Assembly (NCBI GenBank): GCA_951406725.2
Contig: OX597817.1
Span: 44,826,001-44,890,000, forward strand
Reading direction: 5' to 3'
Length of the DNA: 64,000 nucleotides
Origin: Octopus vulgaris
Taxonomy: Eukaryota
Made by a program: the position numbers and the translations under genes
Notes under the pieces: generated by a model
Told to the model about the DNA's origin: nothing
Databases searched by the model: none
Seen by the model: the letters and a program-made list of their open reading frames with translations, nothing else
In this document: positions 1-13,291 of the stretch, in pieces
Numbering within the stretch: position 1 is the first letter of the stretch
Layout: each line of letters begins with the position of its first letter

Positions 1-179
1 TGTGTACGTATGCGTGTTTGAGTATGTGTGTCTGTAGGTTTTTCCGTTATATTGAAAATATTTGTATGTATGAGTTTGATCTTTTTTTTTTTAATAACGA
101 GGCTAGACTTTTACAATTATTATTTAGGTTTAGTTGCGAGTAGCAGCATTTTAGAATCTACTGACGTTTCAAAACATTC

Positions 180-393
180 TATTGGGTTTTCCGGAAAGTT
201 CGTGCCGATATATAGTAGCTTACCTTTTGACTTATTTTAGAACATAGTTGAGTCCATAAAATAGGATTTGACTACACCTCTATTTAGAGCACAGTTTAAG
301 CTTTCTTTTCGCGGAAGAAGGTTTATGTTCCTATAACTTGTGTTAATTCTGTAACCCTTCAAATTAGAAGATAAGAAAGTTCATTTTCGGCAC
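180..393 (+). mobile_element. Mariner 5' remnant: left TIR, 5' UTR and first ~10 transposase codons
   Basis: TA followed by TTGGGTTTTCCGGAAAGTTCGTGCCGAT (180-209) matches the reverse complement of the TIR at 46994-47023 with one mismatch. GAAGATAAGAAAGTTCATTTTCGGCAC reads EDKKVHFRH, resembling the N-terminus of mellifera-type mariner transposases. Confidence 0.75.
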
Positions 394-830
394 TAGAAGG
401 ATAGAGCATCACATGTTTGCCTATGAAAAATAACAAGTCAGTCACAGCTGTTCAGCGTGAATTCAGATGCCATTTCAACATTTACCGAAATCAGGCTGTT
501 CCCGTCCGCAACATAGTCTTACGTTGGGTGAATTCACTTCGTGCACGAGGTACACTAATGAACAGGAGCTCGGTGAGGGCGCCACGAACGGTACGGACTG
601 GGGAAAATGTGGAATGCGTCAGCCAAGCTTTGATGCAAAGTCTGAATCGTAGTGCTTAGAGGCATTCCACTGAACTTAGCATCGGTAATCGATCTGTAAG
701 GCGTATTTTGCATGAAAACCTGAATTTCCACACGTGGAACAGTTGAAACCATGGCACTATGCACCGGTTTAATTTCGCTCGTCAGATGGAAGCAATTTTT
801 AAGTAAATGACAACCTAATTTTGAAGACAG
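394..830 (+). pseudogene. Degraded Tc1/mariner-superfamily transposase N-terminal HTH region (DUF4817-like)
   Basis: ORF 417-659 reads SVTAVQREFRCHFNI...VPVRNIVLRWVNSLRARG...PRTVRTGENVECV. After a stop it continues with ISNRSVRRILHENLNFH, typical of DUF4817-type transposases. Confidence 0.75.
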
Positions 831-850
831 TAATGGAAATTATTTACATT

Positions 851-962
851 TTTTACATTTGACGGATATTTGTCCCCATCTTGTTTGTTGTTAACACAAC
901 GTTTTTTTTTTTACATTTGACGGATATTTGTCCCCATCTTGTTTGTTGTTAACACAACGTTT
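851..962. repeat. 54-bp tandem duplication at the end of the Penelope pseudo-LTR
   Basis: ttttacatttgacggatatttgtccccatcttgtttgttgttaacacaacgttt occurs at 851-904 and 909-962. Confidence 0.95.
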
Positions 963-996
963 CGGCTGATATACCCTCCAGCCTTCATCAGGTGTC
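951..996 (-). ncRNA. Minimal type I hammerhead ribozyme motif
   Basis: Minus strand: GACAC CUGAUGA A GGCUG gagggtatat CAGCC GAAAC GUU GUGUU. Core intact, 5-bp helix II, 5-bp helix I, palindromic loopless helix III (AACGUU). Confidence 0.8.
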
Positions 997-1920
997 TTGG
1001 GGAAATTTCGAACCTGAGTTCTCATTCCTAAGGTATTTTACGATGTTATTATTACTATTGTTGTTGTTGTTGGTTTTGTTGTTACTGTTGTTGTTGTTGT
1101 TGCTGTTGTTAGTAACCCGCGCTCTTAACCACTACACCATATACCTGTGGGCAATTACGGAATGAATTTTAGGGTTTATAACTCTAATATTTTCCTATCC
1201 TTCCTTAATACCAGTTCCCATATGCTACTCATATATGCACTCGGTCTGCTTAGGAGGCTATTATGTCCTAACATATACGTTGCTTCATTTAGTTATCGTA
1301 TTTTCCTGTGGTGTTCTCTATCTATTATTTTAACTTTATCCCACAGGGGAAGGTGGTCTCCATTTTTCCATACATGATTAGCTATACCCGATTTATCAAT
1401 GTCTCCTCGGATCACAGCTTTGCGATGTTCGTCTACCCTTATTTGGGTGGGGGGACATATTTCACCTTTGTATAACCTACCACAACTGCATGGGACGGAT
1501 TACACAAAGTTTTTGGTCGTATTCTCTTCTACTCTCGAAAGAGATATTTGCGAAGTGTTGTATTATTTTTGAATACTGTCCTGATGTCATATGGGCCGCA
1601 TATATTTTGTATCTTTTTTGAGTGGTCTTACACATACAAAAGAATATGACCCAAAACTGCGTGTACTCCATCCCAAACAGCTGGTTGCGGTGTAGCCCAC
1701 GGGGTACGAATGACTTGTCAGGTGACTTTTCAAGGGGTGTCTTATTAAATAAACCCTGTTTCGCTTGGTTTTCATACACCGTGTTTTTAGCTAACGTAGG
1801 ATTTAGTACTTGCGCAAGAATGTCGAGGGACAGATCCCGTTGCAATGTTACAAACGGTTGAATTTTTTTCCTATATATATACCTGTGTAGGTACGTATGT
1901 ATGTATGCATGGATGGATGG

Positions 1921-1958
<38 letters not shown>

Positions 1959-2403
1959 GTGTGTGTGTAGGCATAAATGAGATGACCTCTGTGTAATTTC
2001 TGTCTACCAAATGCACACACACTCACTGCCCTTTTTATGCACGTTTCGTTTGCATAGCTTTTTTTTTAACAGTAAATCGCACAAAATGTTAAATTTAATT
2101 CAATTGATTTGATTAATTTTGTTGTGTGTAAAATGGGCGTTGTTTAATTAGTAAGAAGCAATAAAAAACTGATAAAACCCAAATATCCAAATCACGCTAC
2201 TCACTATGATCTATGGTATTAATTTAGCAAGGAAACAAATTACATCTTCTCTGAAGAATACCGGTGGAACGATCCGCCTCGGTTTTCTCTCTATCTGTTT
2301 TTTTTCCACATATAGCTAGCAGAAAAGGAACATTTGTTATCATATTTCATCAATACTGAGAGTTTGTGATAGTTAAATTTGTTTCCCTAATTATGTTACG
2401 CTG

Positions 2404-2501
<98 letters not shown>

Positions 2502-3667
2502 CTAGCAATGCATCCCTGCATCCCGGCGTTGCCCGGGTGTTATGCCCTAGAGCCACATTGTATTATTTGTTCCTATCATATGGGCAGAATCAGCACAGCT
2601 GATATATAGTTAGTGGCATAATGGAAGACATTGCTTATTTAAAAATGGAGGGTACATTTTGCATGGGTTTGCCTGAAGGGGCTTTCTTTTCTTATGAAGG
2701 ATCAGAAACTATATATTGTTTCATCATGTAAAAGGGGTTATTACGATTTTTTCCAGAAATCATGTTTAAAAATTTTAATTCCCCACCCCTATCTCCACTG
2801 CAGTTTCTTAAATTGTAATTTTTTCGATTTTTTTTGTTATCCGCGTAGAAAAATACAGAGATTACGAATCTGTGAAATATATATAGGGTTTTTATAGCTT
2901 AGTTTTTTCTTAAAGAAACATTCAATGTCCCCCCGCCCCACTTCGCTCACCTATCGCCTACCCGCTTTCAAAAAGCTAAAATCTTCCATCTTCCACTTTC
3001 GTCTAATGTTTCATCCATGCGTAGAATTCTGAAACAGCTGGCGTAAAAAAATATCAAACCTTCATCACAAATCCTGACATGCTAGAAACAACAAGTAAGC
3101 GACATTATTTCTAAAGAAACTTACCCGTCTTCCAAAAATCTAAAAGTGAAATATTGGGAGTTTGTAGATTTTTGAAGGTGTTGAGATGATGGGTAAAAGT
3201 CTTAAAGATTCGTACTCTGTTTTGTTTTTTTCTCCATGGATTACTAAGAAGAATATTTGAAAAAGTAAAAAATGCATTTGGTGTGGAGAGGGAAAAAATT
3301 AAATTATTGAGAAATCTCTGTAGAATGAAAAAAAAATCGGAAAAAAGTTGAAAATTATAGATTTTGGGGGAATTATAAATTTTTAAAGTGTGTTTTTTTT
3401 TCTGTATATTCGGAATCTCCGTCGTCGAAAATAAGAAATCGAAAATGTCGGTGGTGGTGGTAGGAGGTGACTGTGAGCTAGGTCCCCCAAGTGATTTTAT
3501 AATAGTACAGATGTGACTAATTCGGAGAAACATTACTTACATTATTCACACAACGTCACTCTCGTAGTCCAACACTGTAATTTTGGTTCAAATTGAAAGT
3601 GTGAAACCATTTTTACTTTCTATTGAAACCTGTATTTCAGATAATTATAGCTTGTTGTTGAGATGAC

Positions 3668-3882
3668 TCTCTTACCCTTTTACTATTTTACTTGTTTCAG
3701 TCAGATGACTGCGGCCATGCTGGAGCACCGCCTTCAGACGAGAAAATCGACCACAGGACTTATTCTTTGTAAGCTTAGTTCATATTCTATCGGTCTCTTT
3801 TGCCGAACCGCTAATTTACGGCGACGTAAACACACCAGCATTGGTTGTCAAGCGATGTTGGGGAGACAAACACAGACACACA

Positions 3883-3958
<76 letters not shown>

Positions 3959-4135
3959 CATGTATATACATATGTACGACGGGCTTCTTTCAGTTTCTGT
4001 CTACCAAATCCACTCACAAGGCTTTTGTCGGCCCGAGGCTATAGTAGAAGACACTTGCTCAAGGTGCCACGCAGTGGGACTGAACCCAGAACCATGTGGT
4101 TCGTAAGCAAGCTACGTACCACACAGCCACTCCTG
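3668..4135 (-). mobile_element. tRNA-derived SINE, family A, inserted in the Helitron
   Basis: Head GGAGTGGCTGTGTGG...GGTTCAGTCCC (A/B boxes), internal TA/TG microsatellite, tail GGCGGTGCTCCAGCATGGCCGCAGTC...GACTGAAACAAGTAAAA. At least seven copies in the window. Confidence 0.9.
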
Positions 4136-4138
4136 AAA

Positions 4139-4420
4139 CTAAAGTTTATTTGACATGCGTATTTGATTTGATTGTTCTGGTCTTAATATCAGTTGGTATG
4201 AATAGAAGTCATTTGACAACGCCTTTTTGTTTGTAATTGGCTCTGCTGTTGCTGGTTCAATCTGTGGAATATTCAACAGAATAAGGGGATACTGGGGAGC
4301 ATCATAAGAGGGATGAGTCTGTGAAACACGTTTAAGGTTGTTATCTCGAACACAAATGAGAATATGATTTTCATGGGGATCGCCAACCATAAGGATGATT
4401 AATTCATTAGTTGTGGGCTC
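4139..4420 (-). pseudogene. Helitron Rep/helicase N-terminal fragment
   Basis: MVGD...ILICVRDNNLKRVSQTHPSYDAPQYPLI...NKKALSNDFYSYQLILR matches the conserved Helitron motif HxSYDALQYPLLF...FYxYRLMxR. Confidence 0.8.
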
Positions 4421-6000
4421 ATTTTAAAAAAGTGTAAAATGTGCTTTACTACAGTTTACTATAGACATAACGAGCGCAGAAACACTCACAGACATATGCA
4501 TACTCATAGAATTCATAATATTCAAAATAGCAAAACGTACACACACAAAGTTCAGGAAAAACGAAATATAGTCAATACTTGTGCAAAACATACATTCTGT
4601 AGCATAGTTATACTATAAAAATTTCGAAGAGCATATTTCCAAAATGAATGTTCCAGCGTTGGAAAGTCACCAATTTAGAAAAAAGTTTCTATGCATCACC
4701 AATGTTACAAAGTACAGGAAGGTAACATTTATTTGGAACATGTATTAAATTTTATAAAATTCACGATTGAATGAATGTCATGGTGAAGAATGCGAAACTC
4801 CAAGAAAATTCAGAAGGCATAATTCAATTTTTCACACAAAAATAATTTATTACTTTACAATTTTGAAGCGAACGTTGAACAAAGTGTACAGAGAGGAATA
4901 TGTTACTGTTGCGAACGTTAATTAATTTAAAAGAATTGCGGAAATATGTATGTAGCAAGACATAAATGAATTTGACATTACTATATATTTTAACTGTGTA
5001 AATTTATATTACTATATATTTTAACTGTGTAAATTTATAGGCTCAATAATAAATACTGACTACCGCAGTAAAAAAGGCTGTGCGGCGTCTTACCGCAGTA
5101 AAAAGGTTGTGCGGCGTCTTACAATTCACAGTAGGGAAAGAACTTAGCAGAAAAACGATAAGGACGCTAGGACTGTTAAAAAAGTATTATCTTCAAACTG
5201 GTTATAACGAGTGAATTAATATTTCTGTAATTATATTAAAAGAGTCGTTAAAGTATTCTACTTCTCCAAGTTTCCGCATTTGTTGTAATAGCCATAGTAA
5301 CATTTTTTCAGACATATTTGGGAGTATTGTGAGTGTTGTAAAAATCAGCCAAAGCTTCATCATGGTGGTACTGCAAGGTGAACGCTGTTGCTCGTTCAAC
5401 GTCCAGGACACAACTAGACTAAACTCTTTCAAGATCGGCGCGTTTCAATGTTGGGTAGTATAGTCACATACATATATAGACAGACACACACACAGACATA
5501 CATTCACGCACACCTCAAATCTATCTCTGTCTCTGTGTCAGTTTTGTCTTTAGCTGTGTTTGTGTGTGTCAGTCGTCACAAAAATGTATGCCTACTGACA
5601 GACACATACACCGTCACACACATTCACTTGTCAGTCATCAGTATAACGTACGTAACGAACGCGCGAACACATATAGAAACTGTGACGTTGTCGTCGTTAT
5701 AGTGGTGATATAAACTGTCGTTTACGATAGGTGACTAAATGAAAAATTATAATGTTAATTTTTTGTCTTGCAAATATGTGAATGAAATTTAGTTCGTAGC
5801 TGAATGCTTACTGCAACTTTTGACATCAAAATCGACAACGCAGTTTTGGAATGCATAAGGAACGTACGCACCTACACACACATACTATCTCTCTTTTATA
5901 GAGATGTATAATGTAAATTACATATATATATATATATATATAATGTGTATATATATATGTACAGTATATATATAGATATACATTTTATTATATATGTGTG

Positions 6001-6083
<83 letters not shown>

Positions 6084-7939
6084 GTACACACATATATAAT
6101 AAGGATCCATAACTCAGGAAAAATATAAACTCGTATATTTGTCAACAGAAAGATTATATTTATCAAAGCATTCAGTTTTACATCCGATTTTATCAATTGG
6201 TTTCGTGCCGTACCTGAACTCTCAGAAGAACACGTGGTATTACTCATCTGTTCTGTTATCTAGCATCTAGTAACACGTAGTCGGAAACCGATCAGTAATA
6301 TGGATAGTAATGGATCTATAATACTGTATTCCTTGAAATCTCACGCAAGAAAAATATAAGAAAGCCCATATATTTTCCGACATGATTCATATTTTTAATT
6401 TTCCTCGAAAATGCCTCGGATAACAGTTAAGATAATCAATATATTTCGAAAGTCGTAGATTATTGCTGATTTAGTTTCCAGCTCATTGATCTTCATAACT
6501 CATAACTTTTAAAAATCTTGCTTTATTTAATTTTTTCTTCAGCTATCTTGGTAGAATAAAATCCTGTTCACCAATAATGAAAAAACAAACCGGAATCTTA
6601 ATGTTATTCTTTAGGCAAAATAATTAAAATTGCAATTTTCATTGGTCATATAATCCCAAATTTTAAAACCTTATCAGAAACGCGTGGCATGCATATCCTC
6701 AAGGAAATAGTGCAAATTACGGTATTAAGGAAAAATGGAAAAGCAATCCCTCCTGTACTTAAATAAATGTTTTATAAAATCTCTCATCAAATATTATGTA
6801 TTTAATATGATTTAATACTCAGGGATTTATGTTTAATTTATTGAACTTGTTCTCTTGTAATCTTCTGGATTCGTTACTGGTACGAAGCTGTATATTTCAG
6901 AATTCTAAAATGTGATTACACTAGACTGGATAAACTTTGATTTGACGAAGCCGTGAAGACAATAGAAATCGAAACAATTTACACTTGCATGCTTTTACTT
7001 GTGTCAATAATTGGGTTGCGCCCAGACTCAGCTCTCATTTTAAACGTTTAATCAGCGAAGTCGGGTTCAATCCGATCCGGTGATTATTGCGTATTTTTAC
7101 GGGGAGGTAATTACATCACGCATACACTTTTGTCTCTCTGTCAGAGACAATGGCAAAGACACACACCCGTACACGCATAGGGAGATACGCGCTCACAACG
7201 CACACACACACACACATCAAACGTACATACATACAATGGATCTCCGCACAAATTACGTCTAGAAATTTCCTTCACAAGGCATAATCTGAGTCTGTAATAA
7301 AAAAACAATTGGCCAAGGTGCTGCTTGTTGAGGTTGAGTCGAAAACAACGTGGAGAAGAGAACTTCTTAAACCATACAAATATACTTGTTTTATTAGCGA
7401 CTGCTACTGAAAGGGAGAGATTGGCTTCGACGTTTGTTGCTTTTGTTGTTGTTGTTGTTAAGCAACAAGACGGGTAATGGTGATTGGGTGGTGGTCTAGG
7501 GATTAGGGGCGGGAGACCCCAGACCTTAGAAAAAAAACTTTGGTCGTCTTGTTGTAGTCGTGGGCTCTTCGTTGACGCCCGACACCACTGGGAGGTGACC
7601 CTCGAAGATCTCCAGGTCCAAATTCTTGAACGGCGACGTTTGTTGCTGTTACGTTGATTGATCTATGCAAAGAGTGAAGAACATACATGTAATTCTATGT
7701 AATTATTCTTACAGTTCTCATTTCCATGAAATAAGCTCCATAAAGTCACTGGTCACTGTATATAGTGTCGTTTTGTCCTCCTTTTCGACTCGTCAGCACC
7801 CAAATATACTTTAGACTGAAAAACGAACTTTTGCGAAATAAAGTAAAAATATTAACTGTGTTCCATCCAATAAGGCGGTGCTCCAGCATGGCCGCAGTCA
7901 AATGACTGAAACTAGTAAAAGAATACTACGGTAAATTTA

Positions 7940-8150
7940 GAATCCCTATCATGACTGGAACCCGCAGGGGAAAAGGAAGTGAGAACCCCCGAAGTAGAAA
8001 TGGAAGCAGAGCATTTTGGACGAGCTCAGGACCACCGGCCTGACATGGGAAACTGTCAAAATACACGCCATGGCTGCAAAAGTGGAAAACAACTGTTGAG
8101 GCCCTATGCTCCACAAGGGGCAAAAGGGATTAAGAAGAAGAAGAGAAGAT
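7940..8150 (+). mobile_element. RTE-clade LINE 3' fragment
   Basis: Reads DWNPQGKRK*EPPK*KWKQSILDELRTTGLTWETVK, like the RTE ORF C-terminus WNPQGKRKRGRP, followed by a (GAA)n tail. Confidence 0.7.
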
Positions 8151-8994
8151 CATATGGATTCGGAGATGAACGGCTTCGAACCGCAAAATTAAGCATTTAG
8201 AATAGTACGGCAAGCTGAAGTCTTCTAATCCGGGCATATAACAACTCAATAAATAGTGTTCATTGAGAGTAAGTATGTACAAGCCTCAATGGTTCAAATG
8301 TAATTATAGTTATGAACTTGTGTCAAAGTGTGTATAGGTAATTTACTATAGCTAACCACACCATTCAATCAATGGTAGGAAAATATCTTGAACGGTGTAT
8401 GACAACTTTCTGATTGAGACAAAAATGTAAAATGAAGCCAAGGAAATTTCAAAACAGAACTTGTAGCAATATATATTTCAGGACTCTCTGGCAAGTATAA
8501 ATCCGCTGCCGGCCGTTCATGCTGGTACTAAAGCGCCTCTGGTCTTTGTTGATATACGATATTAGTATTATGACAGTGGAAATGATGGCGGCCAAGATGC
8601 TTTAATACAGAAAGACTTGGCTGGTCGGCTCAGCGGTTCTCACTGACGTTGCTCTTTACTGTCGCCAGTTCTAGATTGATTCAGTCTATCGTTAATCGGG
8701 AAATCCTGCACTGTTGAGTACATTTGTGTGTGTGTGTGTGTGTTGCGTGTTTATGTAGGTATTGAGAGTGTGTGTGGTGTGTGTGTGAGTTGTGTGTGTG
8801 TGGGGGTGATTTGAGCATGATATTAAACTGCATCTGATGTAGAGGCTCCAGTTCGGGGAGTTGTAGAGTTGTGTGGAGCGTGAAATCACACTTTAATTAC
8901 CATTCCTCACTCTCATTTCAGTTCTTGATCCGTTTTGTAAAGTAAATCAGAACAACGAGATTATCATCTGACAAGACGAGGCAATGATCATCAT

Positions 8995-9015
8995 TATCTA
9001 TCTATCTATCCATCC

Positions 9016-9098
<83 letters not shown>
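8995..9098. repeat. (TATC)n microsatellite
   Basis: Tandem tatc. Confidence 0.95.
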
Positions 9099-9099
<1 letters not shown>

Positions 9100-10176
9100 C
9101 TCTCACTCTCTTTTTCACCTTCTTTTTCTCTCCCACCTAGATAAATAAATATATACCTCTTTACAATAAAACGTTATTCAAACCTGCATAAAGAAATGAA
9201 CGCCTCAGAGGCGGGTTATTTATATAGGTAATATGAAATTATAGTCTATCGCAATAGTAGTTCTTTTACTGTAAACTGTAATTATGTTTTCATACACACA
9301 TACACACATGTGTATTTATATGAATGTGTTTATGAACATGTGTGTGTAGATGCATATATATTTGTACACTCAGACAGACATACGTACATTGAAACACACA
9401 TACTGACATACACACACATATGCATGTGTATACGCATAAATATCTAGTAGTTCTCTTTATGACGTAATCAAAATCTTAAATAATCTTTAATTGTAAGCTA
9501 CACATCGTGGCTGCTAGAAAAAATCATAATAAAAGGGAGAGATGCACGCCAAGTGCTATTGATATGAATGGATGCTACTTGGTTTAACGACAGAATTGGT
9601 TTGAATGATGGTAGTATGTTGTAAGACGTTTAGCTATAAGCGAAAATAATTAAAGACAGAGAATCTCAGAAGTTTTCTTAAATTCTTCATTAAATGAAAA
9701 CAGTTGAACATCATCAAGTAAATCGGAAACGTTTTAAGTTAGAAATAATGCACTGCTTCACTAATGAATGTCAAAAGATTGTTAGAGCTGGCGTTGATAA
9801 GGCGATAATAATAATATAATTATGACATTTGTAACAATTTCCTTTTCTTCAGTTCTTCAACTCTTACTCGCTCTTTCAATGAATTCAGACCAAAAGGTTA
9901 TCCTGCCCTTCTCTATTCAGTTGATTAGGAAGTTGTTAGAGAATCACTGGATTTCTGTTCATTCGGTGCTAAAATCTATTAATGTTATGATTAAAGTAAC
10001 TACATAAGATTTTATTTGTTTATATCTTCCGTATATATTAGCAGAATGATATTATGTTTCAATTGCACGTCTAAAAATTCTATTGTAATTATTTATTTGT
10101 GAAACAGACATTGTTCATAGTGACTTCTGCATGTGCTGAATTCTCTAATCACAGAAATACTCATTAACTCATTATA

Positions 10177-10573
10177 ACTCTTTTACTTGTTTCAGTCATT
10201 TGACTGCGGCCATGCTGGAGCACCGCCTTTACTCGAGCAAATCAACCACAGAACTTATTCTTTGTAAGCCTAGTACTTATTTTATCGGTCTCTTTTGCCG
10301 AACCGCTACGTTTCGGGGACATAAACACACCAACATCTGCTGTTAAGCAATGCTAGGGGGACAAACACAGACACAGAAACATACACACATACATATAATA
10401 CATATATACCACGGGCTTCTTTCGGTTTCCGTCTACAAAATCCACTCACAAGGCTTTGGTCGGCCCGTGGCTATAGTAGAAGACACTTGCCCAAGATGCC
10501 ACGCAGTGGGACTGAACCCGGAACCATGTGGTTGGTAAGCAAGCTACTTACCACACAGCCACTCCTGCGCCTA
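10177..10573 (-). mobile_element. SINE family A
   Basis: Full-length match to the other family A copies. Confidence 0.9.
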
Positions 10574-10944
10574 TGTATATATAATTGTGTAATTGAAAGA
10601 AAAAAAGGCAACTGCCAGATACAATTCAGTAACAATCGTTACTCTCATCCTTATTAACTCATGCTTCACACTATATCTTATTCCAGACAAACACTTGACG
10701 TAATGAAACAGGAATATTTCACACTTCAGGCCGCCGCTGATATTGCAAGAATGAAATTGAAAATGAGCAAGAGAAAGCAAGAAATGAAGGTGCGAGAGTG
10801 AGTAAGGAGGAAACTGAAGGATTAAGCCGTAACTAAAATCACTCTCCCATGGCAAGACACAAATACTGCAGCCATTTTGCTTTTAGTATTATATTGGCCA
10901 TTACATATGATACATAAATGGCTACCATAATCAAATAGTGCGTC

Positions 10945-11010
<66 letters not shown>

Positions 11011-11964
11011 CGCATTTTATTAAGCCGGATGGCGAATTTCAACATCGGTGATTTTTCAATCACTGCCATCATGTAAATAGCTACTAAATATAGCAGTGTA
11101 ATACCATTGGATATGGCAATTGCACATATCAAACACATTCCTGGTATCTGGTATGTACATATTAATGGCTTCGATCGCATTGTTGTTCATATTAGATGTA
11201 TTCGGATATGAAACGTCCTAACAAATCAGCACGTGTTATAATTTCGAAAGAAAATCTCTCAAACTAACGTTAACAAGTGATTTAATAGCACGGCTAACAC
11301 AGTAGTATACACTGTTGACTTATAAAGCGGTTAATATACCTTGTAGTATATTATGGTTGTATAACGAAATACGGTGTCCTTACAAGTCATTAGCAGATGG
11401 ATATATTAATTTAATATTAACGGATCCGTGCTTACATAAGAAATACTGATTTAATATATCAGTCTTTCATCCCGCTATTGACAGTTTCAGCTTTTGTTGG
11501 TACTATTGCAATTGGTTGTTGCAAATGACATGATCATTCTATGCGAAAATATGATGAAAGTATAAATTTGTTCAAAGCGTATTTAGAAAATCGAGAGCAA
11601 GATGTAGATGTTTACATAACATAGTCCTACACATGCAACTCTTTGGTAATTCTTATTGCTTCGTTTTTATTTTACATACATACTATCAGCAAGCTAGGTT
11701 TCAGGTAGGCTTTCCCAGATGCATGCAAGTACATACGTTCTTTTTCTGGCTTCAGTCAGGCTGGGCCACTCGGATCGCATATACACATATCCAAACACCT
11801 ATACGCACCAAAGTGTATACTTATATGTTTGTGTATTTGTGCATATATACATATGTATAAGTATCGCTCTCTCTCTCTCTCTCTCCCTCTGTATTTATAT
11901 ATATATATACATACGCATACACACACTTATCTACGTATACATACATAAAATAAAAATAATAAAA

Positions 11965-12212
11965 TGGCCCATTTAAAGCCTAGCCAGGCTCATGGGCCTT
12001 GTTTCCCTGTTTCAATGGCGTATTTGTTCCACAGCTGGACGAGACGCCAGTCCATTGCACCGTTACTCATAATTTGCGAGTTGAGTGAACTGGAGCGACG
12101 TGAAATGATGTGTTTTGCTCAAGAACACAACGCGTCGCCCGGTCCAGGAATCGAAACCACAATCTTTCGATCATGATGCTGACACCCTAGCCACTAAGCC
12201 ACGCACCTTCAC
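11965..12212 (-). mobile_element. tRNA-derived SINE, family D
   Basis: Reverse complement of the head GCGTGGCTTAGTGG...GTTTCGATTCCTGGACCGGGCGACGCGTTGTGTTCTTGAGCAAAACAC, homologous to 13037-13282. Confidence 0.85.
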
Positions 12213-13036
12213 GTACACATACATACTGCCTTATTTATACAAATATACAATTTATCTATGTATTATGTCATATTAACTGTTACAATCTATTATTCATAAG
12301 AAAAGATAAACGCTTGTATGTGACTCAGTTTTGTTCGGATCCACATCTGGCGGGTGAATGGTTGCAGAGATTCATATGTTTGCGATATTTGATTATGTCT
12401 AAATAATTCGTTTACTAAGTCAGCTATTCGTCCGTTCCTCTATCTCCAAATCACGATTCAATCGTTCCTTGGCGATGCTTTTCCTGAAACAATCGGCTAT
12501 ATTAAATTAGGATAACCGGAACTATACGGCACAAAATATAATCGAAAGCCTAATAATATAGCAATTCTGCGACAGATTTGTTTACAATATACTCAATAAA
12601 AAAAATGCCCATGCTAAGACAATATTACTTAAGATGTATACGTAATAAATTATATACATTTATCCTACATAAAATTACACAAGATATATATAAACATACA
12701 TGATGTGCATTATCAGTATACTATTCAACAATTCAGCCACAACAACCCAGGTCTGATTTGTTATAATACATTGAAAATGAAAACTTATACTGAAACTGGG
12801 CAACTTACACATAAAATTAACGTGGAAAGTGGTTGAATGTATCGCAGAGACGTATGTCCTTAAAGTTATTCGCAAATAGGATTCGTATCACACAAGTTGA
12901 TACGACTGGATCGTTGAATCATTTCTAGAGTCTATCCAGGTGGTAGTTTTTATACACTTTCCGTCCACATAGATTTATTTACAAGTTTCTGGTAGAGTTG
13001 AGGCTGTAGTAAATGCAGTTGCCTAAGATACCATGG

Positions 13037-13282
13037 GGGAAGCGCGTGGCTTAGAGGTTAGGGTGTTGAACTCATGATCGTAAGGTTGTAGTTTCGATTC
13101 CTGGACCGGGCGACGCGTTGTGTTCTTGAGCAAAACACTTCATTTCACGTTGCTCCAGTCCACTCAGCTGGCAAAAATGAGTAATCCTGCGACGGACCGG
13201 CGGCCCGTCCAGGTGGGGAATTTCTACGCCACTGAAACCGGGAAACCGGCCCTTATGAGCCTGGCATGGCTCGAGAAGGGAC
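13037..13282 (+). mobile_element. SINE family D
   Basis: A box TGGCTTAGAGG, B box GTTTCGATTCC, body shared with 11965-12212. Confidence 0.85.
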
Positions 13283-13291
13283 ATTTATTTG

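Larger units (their letters stand above)
842..1690 (-). mobile_element. Penelope-like element 3' portion: GIY-YIG endonuclease remnant and pseudo-LTR with hammerhead motif
   Basis: Minus strand at ~1520-1200 reads SVPCSCGRLYKGE...RVDEHRKAVIRGDIDKSGIANHVW...WDKVKIIDREH (Penelope GIY-YIG, with stops). The linker ICGPYDIRTVFK lies at ~1560-1610. An inverted NMTQNCVYSIP piece is on the + strand at 1640-1675. Hammerhead at 951-996. Confidence 0.85.
2502..5904 (-). mobile_element. Internally deleted Helitron with Rep remnants
   Basis: Minus-strand 5' end A^TCTCTATAAAAGAGAGATAGTATGTGTG at 5904. 3' end has hairpin CCCGGGCAACGCCGGG (2522-2537) then CTAG^T at 2505-2502. A Rep-like peptide lies at 4139-4390. 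Joining the two ends into one element is inferred. Confidence 0.7.

Noticed and set aside
4978-5122. Two ~30-bp tandem duplications (another at 28995-29052)
   Set aside because: Two units with no spacers; slippage duplications, not CRISPR.
13037-13110. tRNA-like A/B boxes at many sites
   Set aside because: They are SINE heads continuing into SINE bodies, with no complete cloverleaf.
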